Shown: positions 9,872-19,238 of the stretch, one piece after another
Layout of the letters: each line of letters opens with the position of its first letter
How positions within the stretch are numbered: position 1 is the first letter of the stretch
Program-made: the position numbers and the translations under genes
Source: Candidatus Poseidoniales archaeon
Lineage (GTDB): Archaea; Thermoplasmatota; Poseidoniia; Poseidoniales; Poseidoniaceae
Reading direction: 5' to 3'
Length of the DNA stretch: 64,000 nucleotides
Assembly: GCA_038110525.1 (NCBI GenBank)
Contig: JAYNJV010000003.1
Coordinates: forward strand, 7,644-71,643
The notes under the pieces: generated by a model
What the model was told of the DNA's origin: nothing
Seen by the model: the letters and a program-made list of their open reading frames with translations, nothing else
Database searches by the model: none

Positions 9872-10280
9872 TTTCTTTCTCGACCCGCTCGTGAAGCTTT
9901 GACCTTCTCTTCATATCTTCCCTCTCAAAGGAAAGTAGTTCTTGATCATCGATGTACGCAGGTCGCGTATGAGCGATAAGTGTAATTTTTACAATGACAT
10001 CTCGGGAAATAAATTGACGTGTTCCATCATCGACGAGGACTTCAAGGCTACCTTTTCCTGTTGAGAGCAATACGCCTCGGATCATGATATCTGCACCATC
10101 GGTAAAAGCACGTGCATCAAGAAGAATCTCGACGATGTCGTCTTTGCGAAGTCCATTTCGCCGTTCCAATAAATCACCATGCAACGTTGCTTGAACTTCG
10201 GATAGGTTTGGTGAACCCATACTTTCCCATATTGGCAATGCCCAATCAGGCAATTGGAAACTCGGATTTTTCTTGGCCAT
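9837..10280 (-). CDS. Hypothetical protein, possible Sm/Hfq-like beta-barrel
   Basis: Strand pattern VEILL...IRGVLLSTGKGSLEVLVDDGTRQFISRDVIVKITL. Confidence 0.6.
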   Translation of the reverse strand: MAKKNPSFQLPDWALPIWESMGSPNLSEVQATLHGDLLERRNGLRKDDIVEILLDARAFTDGADIMIRGVLLSTGKGSLEVLVDDGTRQFISRDVIVKITLIAHTRPAYIDDQELLSFEREDMKRRSKLHERVEKESAGDTDSHLWG

Positions 10281-10392
10281 GACAATTACACAAAGCGACC
10301 GTTTTTCAACCTCTCTATTGGAAAGGTACGAGGCTTGATTGACCCCATCAGTTCATGAACACGGAGGATTTCGTATCGGTTGGGGCAGGCAA

Positions 10393-11502
10393 ATGAAGGT
10401 GTCATGGAAGTCATTGCCAACGGTCCTGCTCGAGGATGAAATCCTCGACAAAGCGTTCTCACGAGCAAAAAAAGCAGCTGACAGAGTGGAAGACCAAGAC
10501 AGGACTTTTCGTGTACGAAAACAACTTACAAGAATGGTACAAACCTCTGCAGATGTTATTTCAACTCAACTTCTGGATACGGTCAATTCATGGCCATCGT
10601 TGGACCAATCTGCACAATTTGACCTTGCATTAATCGATGCATGTGTTGGGTGTGATGAATATCGACATCATTTGTCGAATCTACAATGGGCTGCAAATCA
10701 AGTCATGAAAGTGAGTTCTCAGAATGCGAAAAAAATTACCCGGACTGCCAGAACTGAACTCATGCACGAAGCAAGAAAAGAGGCATATGGCAGAATTTCA
10801 TCGATTGTGGGTCAAGTAAGTAAATCACTACTTTGGTTAAATGAGGCAAGAGAGACGCTCAAAAAACTTCCAACCGTTGACCAAAGTTTACCGGTCATTG
10901 TTGTTTGTGGGGCCCCAAATGTCGGAAAATCCGCATTTATCTCCGCATTATCGACTGGAAATATGGAAGTGAATCATTACCCGTTTACCACCAAACAAAT
11001 CCATGTCGGACACTTCACACATCGAAGATTACCGTACCAAATGGTCGATACACCTGGCTTGCTCGATCGCCCAATGGTAGAAAGAAATGCCATTGAGATG
11101 CAAGCCATTGCTGCACTGGAGAACATCGGTTCACTCGTCTTGTTCTTAATTGACAAAAGTGAACAGTGTGGAACTCCACTCCAAGAACAAATGCATTTGC
11201 TTGAAGATGTTCGTTCCTTGCTCGGTGATACACCAACTATTGTTGTGACTTCAAAAGCAGACCTTATTCAACCAAGACCTTCAAATTGGGATGAGGTCAA
11301 AGATACCGAGAATGATTGGAGAAACGCGGGCTCAAGAGGAACGCCTAAGTTACCTCTCCTTTTCGACTCGGAACAAATAGTGACCATGTCAGCGATTGAA
11401 AATGTAGGTCTCGACTCAATGAGATTGGAGATTATTCGACTTGTTAATCAAGAATGGGCAACAGACCCATTACAACTTCCTGATGGATGGCATCGTGAAT
11501 AA
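10393..11502 (+). CDS. NOG1-family GTP-binding protein (ribosome biogenesis)
   Basis: LDKAFSRA, GAPNVGKS, YPFTTK, DTPGLLDRP..ERNAIE, SKAD. Confidence 0.93.
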   Translation: MKVSWKSLPTVLLEDEILDKAFSRAKKAADRVEDQDRTFRVRKQLTRMVQTSADVISTQLLDTVNSWPSLDQSAQFDLALIDACVGCDEYRHHLSNLQWAANQVMKVSSQNAKKITRTARTELMHEARKEAYGRISSIVGQVSKSLLWLNEARETLKKLPTVDQSLPVIVVCGAPNVGKSAFISALSTGNMEVNHYPFTTKQIHVGHFTHRRLPYQMVDTPGLLDRPMVERNAIEMQAIAALENIGSLVLFLIDKSEQCGTPLQEQMHLLEDVRSLLGDTPTIVVTSKADLIQPRPSNWDEVKDTENDWRNAGSRGTPKLPLLFDSEQIVTMSAIENVGLDSMRLEIIRLVNQEWATDPLQLPDGWHRE

Positions 11503-11503
11503 G

Positions 11504-13246
11504 TTACATTGATTCCAATGGTGTAATGCCTAATCCAACCAAGCCTTTTCTCAAAGCATCTTTAGCAAATTCTGAGATGGCATAGTATGTCGTATTGATT
11601 TCATTGCCATCAAGCACATGACAATCACGATAAAATGCATGATATGATGTTGCAAGCTGTAACAAATAATTGGCAAATATATGGGGTCTATTTTCCGAAA
11701 CTGATGTATCGAGTTGGTCTGAAAAGACCATGAGGGCTCTCAACAATTGTTCACAACCTTCTGGAAGATTGATGAAATCATCAATATCAAATGAAGATGA
11801 ATTTTTTGATGATTCAACCTTCTCTTTGATTGAACATGCCCGAGTATGGGCGTACATCACGAATGGTGCTGAACCTGCCTCAAATGCAAGTGCATCTTCC
11901 CATTTGAATGTGAATCCTTTCTCTGGACTTACCTTGATGATATTAAATCGGACTGCAGAAGTGCCAACCGCCTCTGCAATCGTTGAAATTTCTTTACTCG
12001 AATAGTCGGGCCTCAATTCTTGAACAACCTGTGCAGCATGTCCATGAGCCTCTTCGAGTAAATCGTCCATGAAGACAACATTGCCTTTTCGTGTCGACAT
12101 CTTACCCTCAGGTAATTTAATGAAAGAATAAAAAACAATTTCTGGAGCTTTCGAATTGAGTTCTTTAAGGGTCAATCCAACTTGTTTTGCCTGTAATTTA
12201 TGGTCTTCTCCAAGCACATTGACCAAGTTCTCAGATTGCGTCCATTTCCAAAGATGATAGGCGATGTCCCTTGTTGCATACAAAGAAGAACCATCACCAC
12301 GACAATAGAAAAATTCAGTTTTTCCAGCTAATCCACGCGGCTCTAAATCCAGAAAGAGTGCCCCATTTTCTGCCTCTCCATGTAATTCTGATTTTTTCAA
12401 TGTATCAATCAATGTTGCCACATCTCCATTGATGACAAATGTTGATTCTTTTGTAAATCGGTCAAATTGGATTCCAAGACGTTGAAGTGTTTCAAGCATG
12501 CCATCGAGGACAGGTTGATATGCGTTTTCAAATTGACGGAGTACCTCTGAATTTCCATGCTCACTGGCGTGGACAAGGGTTGCAATTTCTTCTTCAATCG
12601 AATCTTTTCGCTCTGATGATTGACGAAGAGATTGGGCTGCTTGATACCAACGAACGGATTGATGATCGGTTTTCCCTTCCCACTGACCAGAATCTTCTTC
12701 TTTATCGGCCAATATCGAATCAACTTCTTCTTTTGTCAGATGTTCAAGCGCCCAAGCTAGGACAGCGACCTGCTTACCCATATCATCAACATAATATTCA
12801 GCGGTGACTTCATTGCCTGCGAGACGATGCAAACGTACGAGTGTATCACCGAGAATTGCATTTCGTGCTCGCCCAACATGGAAAGGCCCATTCGGGTTTG
12901 CAGAGGTATGTTCAATCAAAATATGCTTTTTCTCGAGCATCGAATCGGTGCATGAATGCAATTGCTCAAACATCCAAACATTTGAAGCACGGAAGTTTAC
13001 GTATCCATTCACAGCAATGCATTGTTGAATTGATGCTACCGAGGGAAACTCGGACGCAATTAAGTTTGCAATCTCAAGTGGATTTTTCCCTACAATCTTC
13101 GCAAGAGGAAAACAAGGGAGTGTCAAGTCACCTTGACTGGATTCCCTTGATGTTTGAATGAGGGGATGCCATTGATTCTCATCAATCCCCAAGTTTTCAA
13201 AAATAGGACGAAGTTCATTGATGATGATGGGTTTTAATCGATTCAT
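11504..13246 (-). CDS. argS: Arginine--tRNA ligase
   Basis: EHTSANPNGPFHVGRARNAILGD, YYVDDMGKQ, KMSTRKG, YAHTRACSI. Confidence 0.97.
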   Translation of the reverse strand: MNRLKPIIINELRPIFENLGIDENQWHPLIQTSRESSQGDLTLPCFPLAKIVGKNPLEIANLIASEFPSVASIQQCIAVNGYVNFRASNVWMFEQLHSCTDSMLEKKHILIEHTSANPNGPFHVGRARNAILGDTLVRLHRLAGNEVTAEYYVDDMGKQVAVLAWALEHLTKEEVDSILADKEEDSGQWEGKTDHQSVRWYQAAQSLRQSSERKDSIEEEIATLVHASEHGNSEVLRQFENAYQPVLDGMLETLQRLGIQFDRFTKESTFVINGDVATLIDTLKKSELHGEAENGALFLDLEPRGLAGKTEFFYCRGDGSSLYATRDIAYHLWKWTQSENLVNVLGEDHKLQAKQVGLTLKELNSKAPEIVFYSFIKLPEGKMSTRKGNVVFMDDLLEEAHGHAAQVVQELRPDYSSKEISTIAEAVGTSAVRFNIIKVSPEKGFTFKWEDALAFEAGSAPFVMYAHTRACSIKEKVESSKNSSSFDIDDFINLPEGCEQLLRALMVFSDQLDTSVSENRPHIFANYLLQLATSYHAFYRDCHVLDGNEINTTYYAISEFAKDALRKGLVGLGITPLESM

Positions 13247-13255
13247 ATCAAGCCC

Positions 13256-14497
13256 TCACATCAATGAATACCGAAGCAATGCAGCCATACCACCAAATCC
13301 TTGAAGCAATTGAGCCCCTTCCTCCGTATCATTTGATATGAATGAAATAGAACTATTGCTTTTTGCTGACAAGTTCGTAAATTCATCAATTAAGGATTCG
13401 GATTGGAGTTCTTCAATATCAGAATGATTACAGGATGAACAATTCGGTAATTCTTCAGTTCGACCGAGCGTCACAGTCCAATGATGAGAACAATTGTTAC
13501 ATTTGAGTTCAATACGACTTTTTCGTAGGCCTTCTGAAATCAGTAATCGGTCAACTGCACCTTGTTCAAGGGCACTGCGGACCATCATTTCACCATATGT
13601 TGCTTTTGGATGAGCCCGAGCCAATTCAGCGAGAAATTGGTTCATAAGCTGTCGTTCAGCGTCGAGTTCAATTTCTCCCATCAATGCACCAGCATTGTCG
13701 ACTAATTCACGAATACCCGACTCATTTGAATATCCAACGTCGAAAGTTGTTTTTGCGATCTTCTTTGTGATTTCGTGATGGAAGTAATCATTTTTGACAA
13801 CAAAATCCTTTGTTGCACCAGGTCCTCCAATAATCACTGCTTGGATATTTTCCAAATGTGGCAACCAATACTCGGATGCATGTTCTGTAGCACGTTTGAA
13901 AAAATTGTGTGCCGCTTCTTCGATCAATCGTTCAAATCGCTGTGCTGATTGACCTCCTTGCCTGTGCTTTCCCATAATATTTGATGTCAGATGTTCTTGA
14001 ACATGTATTCGTTTTCCGGTAGCAACTCCGTACGCAGCTTCTGAACGGTCGATGACGAAAAGAGCATAGGACTTTTTATCGATAAGCATCTCCTCAAGTT
14101 GGGTTAATTCAAATGTCGAATCGCATCGATACCGAAATGACATGAGTTCCTGTGGCGGGTCTTCAACAACGATGTTCACCATTCTTGTTTTGTTGTTTCC
14201 TACAATGATAGAACCCACGAAAATAGCAATCCCATGGTCCCCAGGGGTTTTATAACGGGACAGGGTTGAAATCGCTGATTCAATTGCCCCTTGTACATTT
14301 TTTCGAGTACCTTTTGATTTAATATTTGCAGCCTGACCGTGTTCATTTTGAAGCATTGTTCTCGCATCGTGAATTTGTCTGTCTGGCGGAATAATGAGGG
14401 TGACCAACTCTGTGCCAAAACCTCTCATTTCACGGAGGTCTTCGAGGGCGAGTTTGAGTTTTAGTCGACGTGCGGATAACGACGCATCCTCCGACAT
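13256..14497 (-). CDS. prf1: Peptide chain release factor aRF1
   Basis: NIKS, YRCDSTF and GKHRQGGQSAQRF motifs; C-terminal GFGGMAALLRY. Confidence 0.97.
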   Translation of the reverse strand: MSEDASLSARRLKLKLALEDLREMRGFGTELVTLIIPPDRQIHDARTMLQNEHGQAANIKSKGTRKNVQGAIESAISTLSRYKTPGDHGIAIFVGSIIVGNNKTRMVNIVVEDPPQELMSFRYRCDSTFELTQLEEMLIDKKSYALFVIDRSEAAYGVATGKRIHVQEHLTSNIMGKHRQGGQSAQRFERLIEEAAHNFFKRATEHASEYWLPHLENIQAVIIGGPGATKDFVVKNDYFHHEITKKIAKTTFDVGYSNESGIRELVDNAGALMGEIELDAERQLMNQFLAELARAHPKATYGEMMVRSALEQGAVDRLLISEGLRKSRIELKCNNCSHHWTVTLGRTEELPNCSSCNHSDIEELQSESLIDEFTNLSAKSNSSISFISNDTEEGAQLLQGFGGMAALLRYSLM

Positions 14498-14616
14498 GGT
14501 AGCCCCTAAAATCAACGGCTAAGCCTAATCTCTTGAACCCTCCCCCACGAAATGAGACATCGGCAGCGTATATCGGAACGGAAATGATGAAAGAGTGACC
14601 CACTTATGCAAAGAAC

Positions 14617-15318
14617 ATGGGTGAAATCCAAGTCATAGCCTTGGGTGGAAGTCTTCTCCGTCCTGATTCGGACCACGATAAAAACGATTGGATGAACAAT
14701 ATTCTCTCAATCTTGACGCGAGGCGTTCAAACTGGAATGAAATTTGTTTTGGTTATAGGTGGCGGGGCGCCGGCCAGAGAACATATCGCGATGGCTCAAA
14801 GTTTCGTATCTTCTTCACATCGACTTGACACCATCGGGATTGCCGCAACAAGGCTCAATGCGACATTGTTACAACAAATTTTTTTATCGCATGGACTACA
14901 TGTTTATTCCTCAATTCCCATCGTAATTTCTGAACTCAATCGTGCCGTGGAGGATTGCGATATCGTTGTTATGGGTGGCACACAGCCAGGTCAAACAACA
15001 GATACCGTGGCAGTCGAGGCAGCATGTTTCATTCAAGCCCAGCATTGCCTCATCGCGACCAATGTCTCTCATGTATTTACCAAGGACCCGAGACATCATG
15101 CTGATGCTCAACCAATTTCATCTCTTCGACTTCATGAGTTGCTTGAATTGAGTGGAGGGTCACTTGAACCTGGTGCATCCACTGTTGTTGATCCTGTTGC
15201 CATTAGAAGAGCGATTGAAGGTCAAATGAAATTGCTTGTTGTCGATGGTAGGGACACGATGCGAATTCAAGCAGCGATTACTGGTCTTGAATTTGAAGGG
15301 ACAGTTGTTCAACCTTAA
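14617..15318 (+). CDS. pyrH: UMP kinase (archaeal type)
   Basis: ALGGS, VIGGGAPAR, GIAATRLNA, MGGTQPGQTTD, ATNV..VFTKDP. Confidence 0.93.
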   Translation: MGEIQVIALGGSLLRPDSDHDKNDWMNNILSILTRGVQTGMKFVLVIGGGAPAREHIAMAQSFVSSSHRLDTIGIAATRLNATLLQQIFLSHGLHVYSSIPIVISELNRAVEDCDIVVMGGTQPGQTTDTVAVEAACFIQAQHCLIATNVSHVFTKDPRHHADAQPISSLRLHELLELSGGSLEPGASTVVDPVAIRRAIEGQMKLLVVDGRDTMRIQAAITGLEFEGTVVQP

Positions 15319-15327
15319 GGTGATGAA

Positions 15328-15603
15328 ATGGTCGATGCTCAAAAAGTGAAAAATATGGTGAAAAATACCGGTAAAAATATCATGAATTCGACCCAAAAGG
15401 TGGCTCCACACAAACATTGCCGAATTTGTCACGAGGCCATTTCGATCCAAGCCGAGCCACGCGTTTGTAAAAAACAAGAATGCATCGACAAAAACATCAA
15501 AGACGAAAAAAATCAGAAATCTGTTCGACTTTGGATGTTTGTTTTCTTTGGTTTGTTCGTATTAGGCTTTGTTGGACCAATGATTTTCAGAATCGTCGGT
15601 TAA
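15328..15603 (+). CDS. DUF2116-like zinc-ribbon membrane protein
   Basis: PHKHCRICHEAI...VCKKQEC followed by a C-terminal TM helix. Confidence 0.75.
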   Translation: MVDAQKVKNMVKNTGKNIMNSTQKVAPHKHCRICHEAISIQAEPRVCKKQECIDKNIKDEKNQKSVRLWMFVFFGLFVLGFVGPMIFRIVG

Positions 15604-16065
15604 CTCAACACCACCGCCCGAAGAACCTGCTGCGTCGGCTTCACTGGCTCTTTCATGCAATGTCTTCATTGCTTCAGAAAGACTTGATACTTGATTCGAA
15701 TAGTGTACAGGAGGCCAGCCACAATGGACTTCATCCTCAGATTTCTCCTCAATCCATGCTTGGCATGCAACTTGTTGACACTGGCCCTTTGAGGATTCAA
15801 AATCAATCCAAAATGTACTTCTTCGACAGGCTGGACATTCTCTGCAGTTCATTGTAGTCCGAACTTCAAAGGCTTCTTGGCCAACAACATCAACAACCCA
15901 TTTGACTATACTGGCGGAATGATATTTTTCAGACAATTCATGTTGTAAATGCGATTTGAGAACTTCCCATGCAACATCTTCCGATGAAAAGCATCCTAAC
16001 GCCGTGGTTTCATCAGACATTGAAAGAAGACTTGGAACAAAGACCTCTTCAAACGTCCCGCTCAT
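15562..16065 (-). CDS. Hypothetical Cys-rich protein
   Basis: 167-aa ORF with CPACRR..CQQVAC; TTAAG box 28 nt upstream of the ATG. Confidence 0.65.
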   Translation of the reverse strand: MSGTFEEVFVPSLLSMSDETTALGCFSSEDVAWEVLKSHLQHELSEKYHSASIVKWVVDVVGQEAFEVRTTMNCRECPACRRSTFWIDFESSKGQCQQVACQAWIEEKSEDEVHCGWPPVHYSNQVSSLSEAMKTLHERASEADAAGSSGGGVELTDDSENHWSNKA

Positions 16066-16089
16066 AGTCGAAGGATTGTCTTTCTCCTC

Positions 16090-16467
16090 TTAAGTTTGGT
16101 TTTGGTTTTGCCACAAGACTTCGATGTATGGAAGGCCACCGGGGTGTGGCAAGGGGGCATTCGGCTTCTCGATTCGAATCCAAATTTCTGCAATATGAGA
16201 TTCGTCCTTCAGGTGCTCAATCATTGCATTTGCAAGCAGTTCCAACAAACGGATTGGTTCAGAATGAAGAAACACTTCATCCACAATTGATTGAAGTCGG
16301 CCATAATCGATGGTGTGCCCTAAATCAATCACGTTCAGCCCATCAACCAGGGTCACTTTTACTGAAACAATAAAAGGTTGCGTATTGTGATGTTCTTCGT
16401 CGAAATAGCCGTGAATCGCATGAACTTCATAGGCATCCAAACCAACTGAAGTTCGCACCGCAATCAC
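16090..16467 (-). CDS. folB: Dihydroneopterin aldolase (bacterial FolB type)
   Basis: AIHGYFDEE...QPFIVSV, DLGHTIDYG, LLELLA, IRIEKPNAP. Confidence 0.85.
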   Translation of the reverse strand: MIAVRTSVGLDAYEVHAIHGYFDEEHHNTQPFIVSVKVTLVDGLNVIDLGHTIDYGRLQSIVDEVFLHSEPIRLLELLANAMIEHLKDESHIAEIWIRIEKPNAPLPHPGGLPYIEVLWQNQNQT

Positions 16468-16758
16468 CTACTGGTCTTCTCGATCATGAACCCAAATTAA
16501 GTGATATCCAAATTTTGTTTTGATGGGTTCAGAGGTTTCTTTGAGAGGTGTTTCCCATACAGCTGCATCGAATTCAGGAACCATTTGGCCTTGACGAAAC
16601 CAACCTAAATCTCCACCTTTTTGACTGGAGGGACACGAACTTTTCTTACGTGCAATTTTTTGAAAATCTTTGAGTTTGCCAATCTTTTGTTTGAGTTGAA
16701 TTGCCTCAGATTTGGATTCAACAAGAATATGAGAGGCCCACGCACTAGGTTTTACCAT
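16468..16758 (-). CDS. ppiC: Parvulin-type peptidyl-prolyl isomerase
   Basis: ASHILV, SSCPSSQKGGDLGWF..GQMVPEFD, PIKTKFGYHLI. Confidence 0.93.
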   Translation of the reverse strand: MVKPSAWASHILVESKSEAIQLKQKIGKLKDFQKIARKKSSCPSSQKGGDLGWFRQGQMVPEFDAAVWETPLKETSEPIKTKFGYHLIWVHDREDQ

Positions 16759-16778
16759 TCAATTTGCCTCCTTCATCT

Positions 16779-18527
16779 TCACATTTCAGGATTGTAAGCA
16801 AGGTATCGCATGTATGTGCCGTAAATAGTAACGGAAACACCAAGCGATTCTTCGTTGAAGCGATCGAGCGTGTCAAGGTAGGTATGGTATTCCCAACTAC
16901 CACTTCCGTAACACACGACAGCTCGGCCACGATATGATTCACCTAAATCATACACGAATGGACCATGGTCAGAATTGTAAGGCATACCATTCGGTTCACC
17001 TTTTTGCCCTTCAAGCAATAAAGTAAGGATGTCGTATTTATTCGCAACTTCTGAACGTTCGTCTTTGTACAATTTCATTATTCGAACGATGTGGTCATAA
17101 TCATCTTCATTGTTGGTAAAGAGGGTGAGACTATTTCCTCTATTTGCAAAATCACCGTCAACATGGTTCATATCCAAATTGATGTACAATCGTAAATCTT
17201 GTTTTAATTCAGATTTGAATTTGTCAACATACGCTCGGCTTCCATACAATCCTTCTTCTTCCCCCCCCCAAGTGCAAAACCGAATCGTTCTATCCGGTTG
17301 ACCTGTTTTGTTGACTATTGAACTGATTTGTCGTGCCATTTCAAGCACGCTTGCACTACCTGAAGTGTCGTCAATTGCACCTTGACCATGATAGACTGTG
17401 TCGTGATGCCCACCTGCGATGATGACTTCACTCGTCTTACCATCGATTTCACCACATGGAACATACACCGTCCTTTGTTGGTCATTTGTCACATCGACGA
17501 TCAACTCAACAGCAGCGTTCTGTGAACCGTTGAATACCAGACTTTCAAAAAGTTCACCGGAATCTTTGGACATAGCAATAAAAGGAATATCGGTAGGCAC
17601 TGACCCGCCATTGGCTTCAGTGATTGAATCTATAGATGAGCCCTTGAAGATAGGCACGCAATCGTTTCCTTCGATTTTCCCGCAATTGTAGTCTTTATTC
17701 ACACGGATTAACCCTGCAAGATCATTTTCAACTGCTTTGACGTACATTGCAGTATTTCCCGAAATAGATCCTCCACTTCGAATGTAACCCAAAGTCCCAG
17801 TTGCTTGCTGCCAAAGTCCTTCATCACTTCCATTTCCCAAATCTGTGACCTGCACATCTTGATTGAAGGTATATTCGGATTGTCCAGAAAAACCTTGAAT
17901 CACATAATCGATTCTATGTTGAAAGGATGTGACATCAGAAGCAAATGAAAGAGCACCATCACAAGGGCTTAGCCCTAATCCTCCCCGGACACAAACACGG
18001 AAGCTTGGTTCTGAATTGACATGGTGCATTGGTACGTCAAACGGATGAAGCGTGCCTTTCATACCCATGGCCTCAAATTCAGACAAAATGTATTCGGAAA
18101 CATTCCTCTCTTCTGAGGTGCCACTCATTCTTCCTTCCCAATCTGGATGCCCAAACGAGACAAGATTTTCTGCAAATTGACGTGCGGAATCTTGGTCAAA
18201 ATCAATCAATTCATAATCATAATTTTCTCCGAAGCCAAGCCACGCAGGTCTCACGATAAGGACTGTGCTCACGAGCATGATCGCAATACCGAAAGCAATC
18301 ACGCCTCCAAGAGATATTGGTCCGACAGCAGGCTCTCGTAAACGTTGCATAATAACTGAAACTTTTGAATCATCGGTAATCTCATCGTCGTTTAATTTTG
18401 ATAATGCTACATCGGATTGATGCAACCGTTCAATCAATTCCGATTTGTTTCCGGAGACAGGTAGTCCCCTTTGTTTTGCCTCTTCTCGGAGCTCCTGAAC
18501 TGTAAATGCCACATAGCCTCCACTCAT
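16779..18527 (-). CDS. Membrane-anchored M28 aminopeptidase with N-terminal SAP domain and PA insert
   Basis: SAP motif TVQELREEAKQRGLPVSGNKSELIERL, one TM helix, M28 ligands GGHHD, GAIDDTSG, GEEEGLYGS, NLDM, SDH, YHT. Confidence 0.88.
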   Translation of the reverse strand: MSGGYVAFTVQELREEAKQRGLPVSGNKSELIERLHQSDVALSKLNDDEITDDSKVSVIMQRLREPAVGPISLGGVIAFGIAIMLVSTVLIVRPAWLGFGENYDYELIDFDQDSARQFAENLVSFGHPDWEGRMSGTSEERNVSEYILSEFEAMGMKGTLHPFDVPMHHVNSEPSFRVCVRGGLGLSPCDGALSFASDVTSFQHRIDYVIQGFSGQSEYTFNQDVQVTDLGNGSDEGLWQQATGTLGYIRSGGSISGNTAMYVKAVENDLAGLIRVNKDYNCGKIEGNDCVPIFKGSSIDSITEANGGSVPTDIPFIAMSKDSGELFESLVFNGSQNAAVELIVDVTNDQQRTVYVPCGEIDGKTSEVIIAGGHHDTVYHGQGAIDDTSGSASVLEMARQISSIVNKTGQPDRTIRFCTWGGEEEGLYGSRAYVDKFKSELKQDLRLYINLDMNHVDGDFANRGNSLTLFTNNEDDYDHIVRIMKLYKDERSEVANKYDILTLLLEGQKGEPNGMPYNSDHGPFVYDLGESYRGRAVVCYGSGSWEYHTYLDTLDRFNEESLGVSVTIYGTYMRYLAYNPEM

Positions 18528-18615
18528 TCAAGCCGCCTCAACACACTCCACGGTATCCTTATTGATGAACTACATGGTTTAGTGGATGTTTTGGTATTCG
18601 ACCAAGTTAGGTGAA

Positions 18616-19191
18616 TTATACATCGATTTCGTCACCAGTCCAACGTTCAGAAAGTTCAATATCGAGCTCAAGATGGTCCAAAATTCGAGCAATGATGAAA
18701 TCAATCAAATCGTCGATTGTTTTCGGATGATGATAAAACCCGGGTGATGCAGGGATAATGATGGTGTCCCATGAAGATAATTTTGTTAAATTTTCAAGGT
18801 GCACGGTTGCATAGGGTGCTTCCCTTGGTACAATAATCAATTTTCTACGTTCCTTCATAGCAACAATTGCAGACCGAGTGATGAGATTATCGCTAATGCC
18901 AGCGGCAAGTTTTCCAATGGTGGTTCCAGAACAAGGACAAACCACAACCGCATCAATTTTTGCAGAGCCTGATGCGGACTTTGCTGCAACATTTTCTGCA
19001 TCCTCCAAAAATGCACCTGTTCGAGATGCAATTTCTTCAGGAGTGGTGTTGCATTCATGTTGCAATGTCAATCTTCCAGAATCGGAAACAACAAGACGGA
19101 CTGCATGGTTATGAGATGTCAACACTTCAACAAGGCGAATGCCGTAGATTGCTCCTGAGGCTCCGGAGATGCAGACAACATAGTCTCCCAT
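18616..19191 (-). CDS. ubiX: Flavin prenyltransferase UbiX
   Basis: ISGASGAIYG, ASGS, PCSGTT..AAGISDNLITR, KERRKLIIVPREAP, PASPGFYHHP. Confidence 0.95.
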   Translation of the reverse strand: MGDYVVCISGASGAIYGIRLVEVLTSHNHAVRLVVSDSGRLTLQHECNTTPEEIASRTGAFLEDAENVAAKSASGSAKIDAVVVCPCSGTTIGKLAAGISDNLITRSAIVAMKERRKLIIVPREAPYATVHLENLTKLSSWDTIIIPASPGFYHHPKTIDDLIDFIIARILDHLELDIELSERWTGDEIDV

Positions 19192-19238
19192 ACATGATGG
19201 TGAGTGTGTTCCCTTTTATTGTGTTGTTCTTGTCTGCA

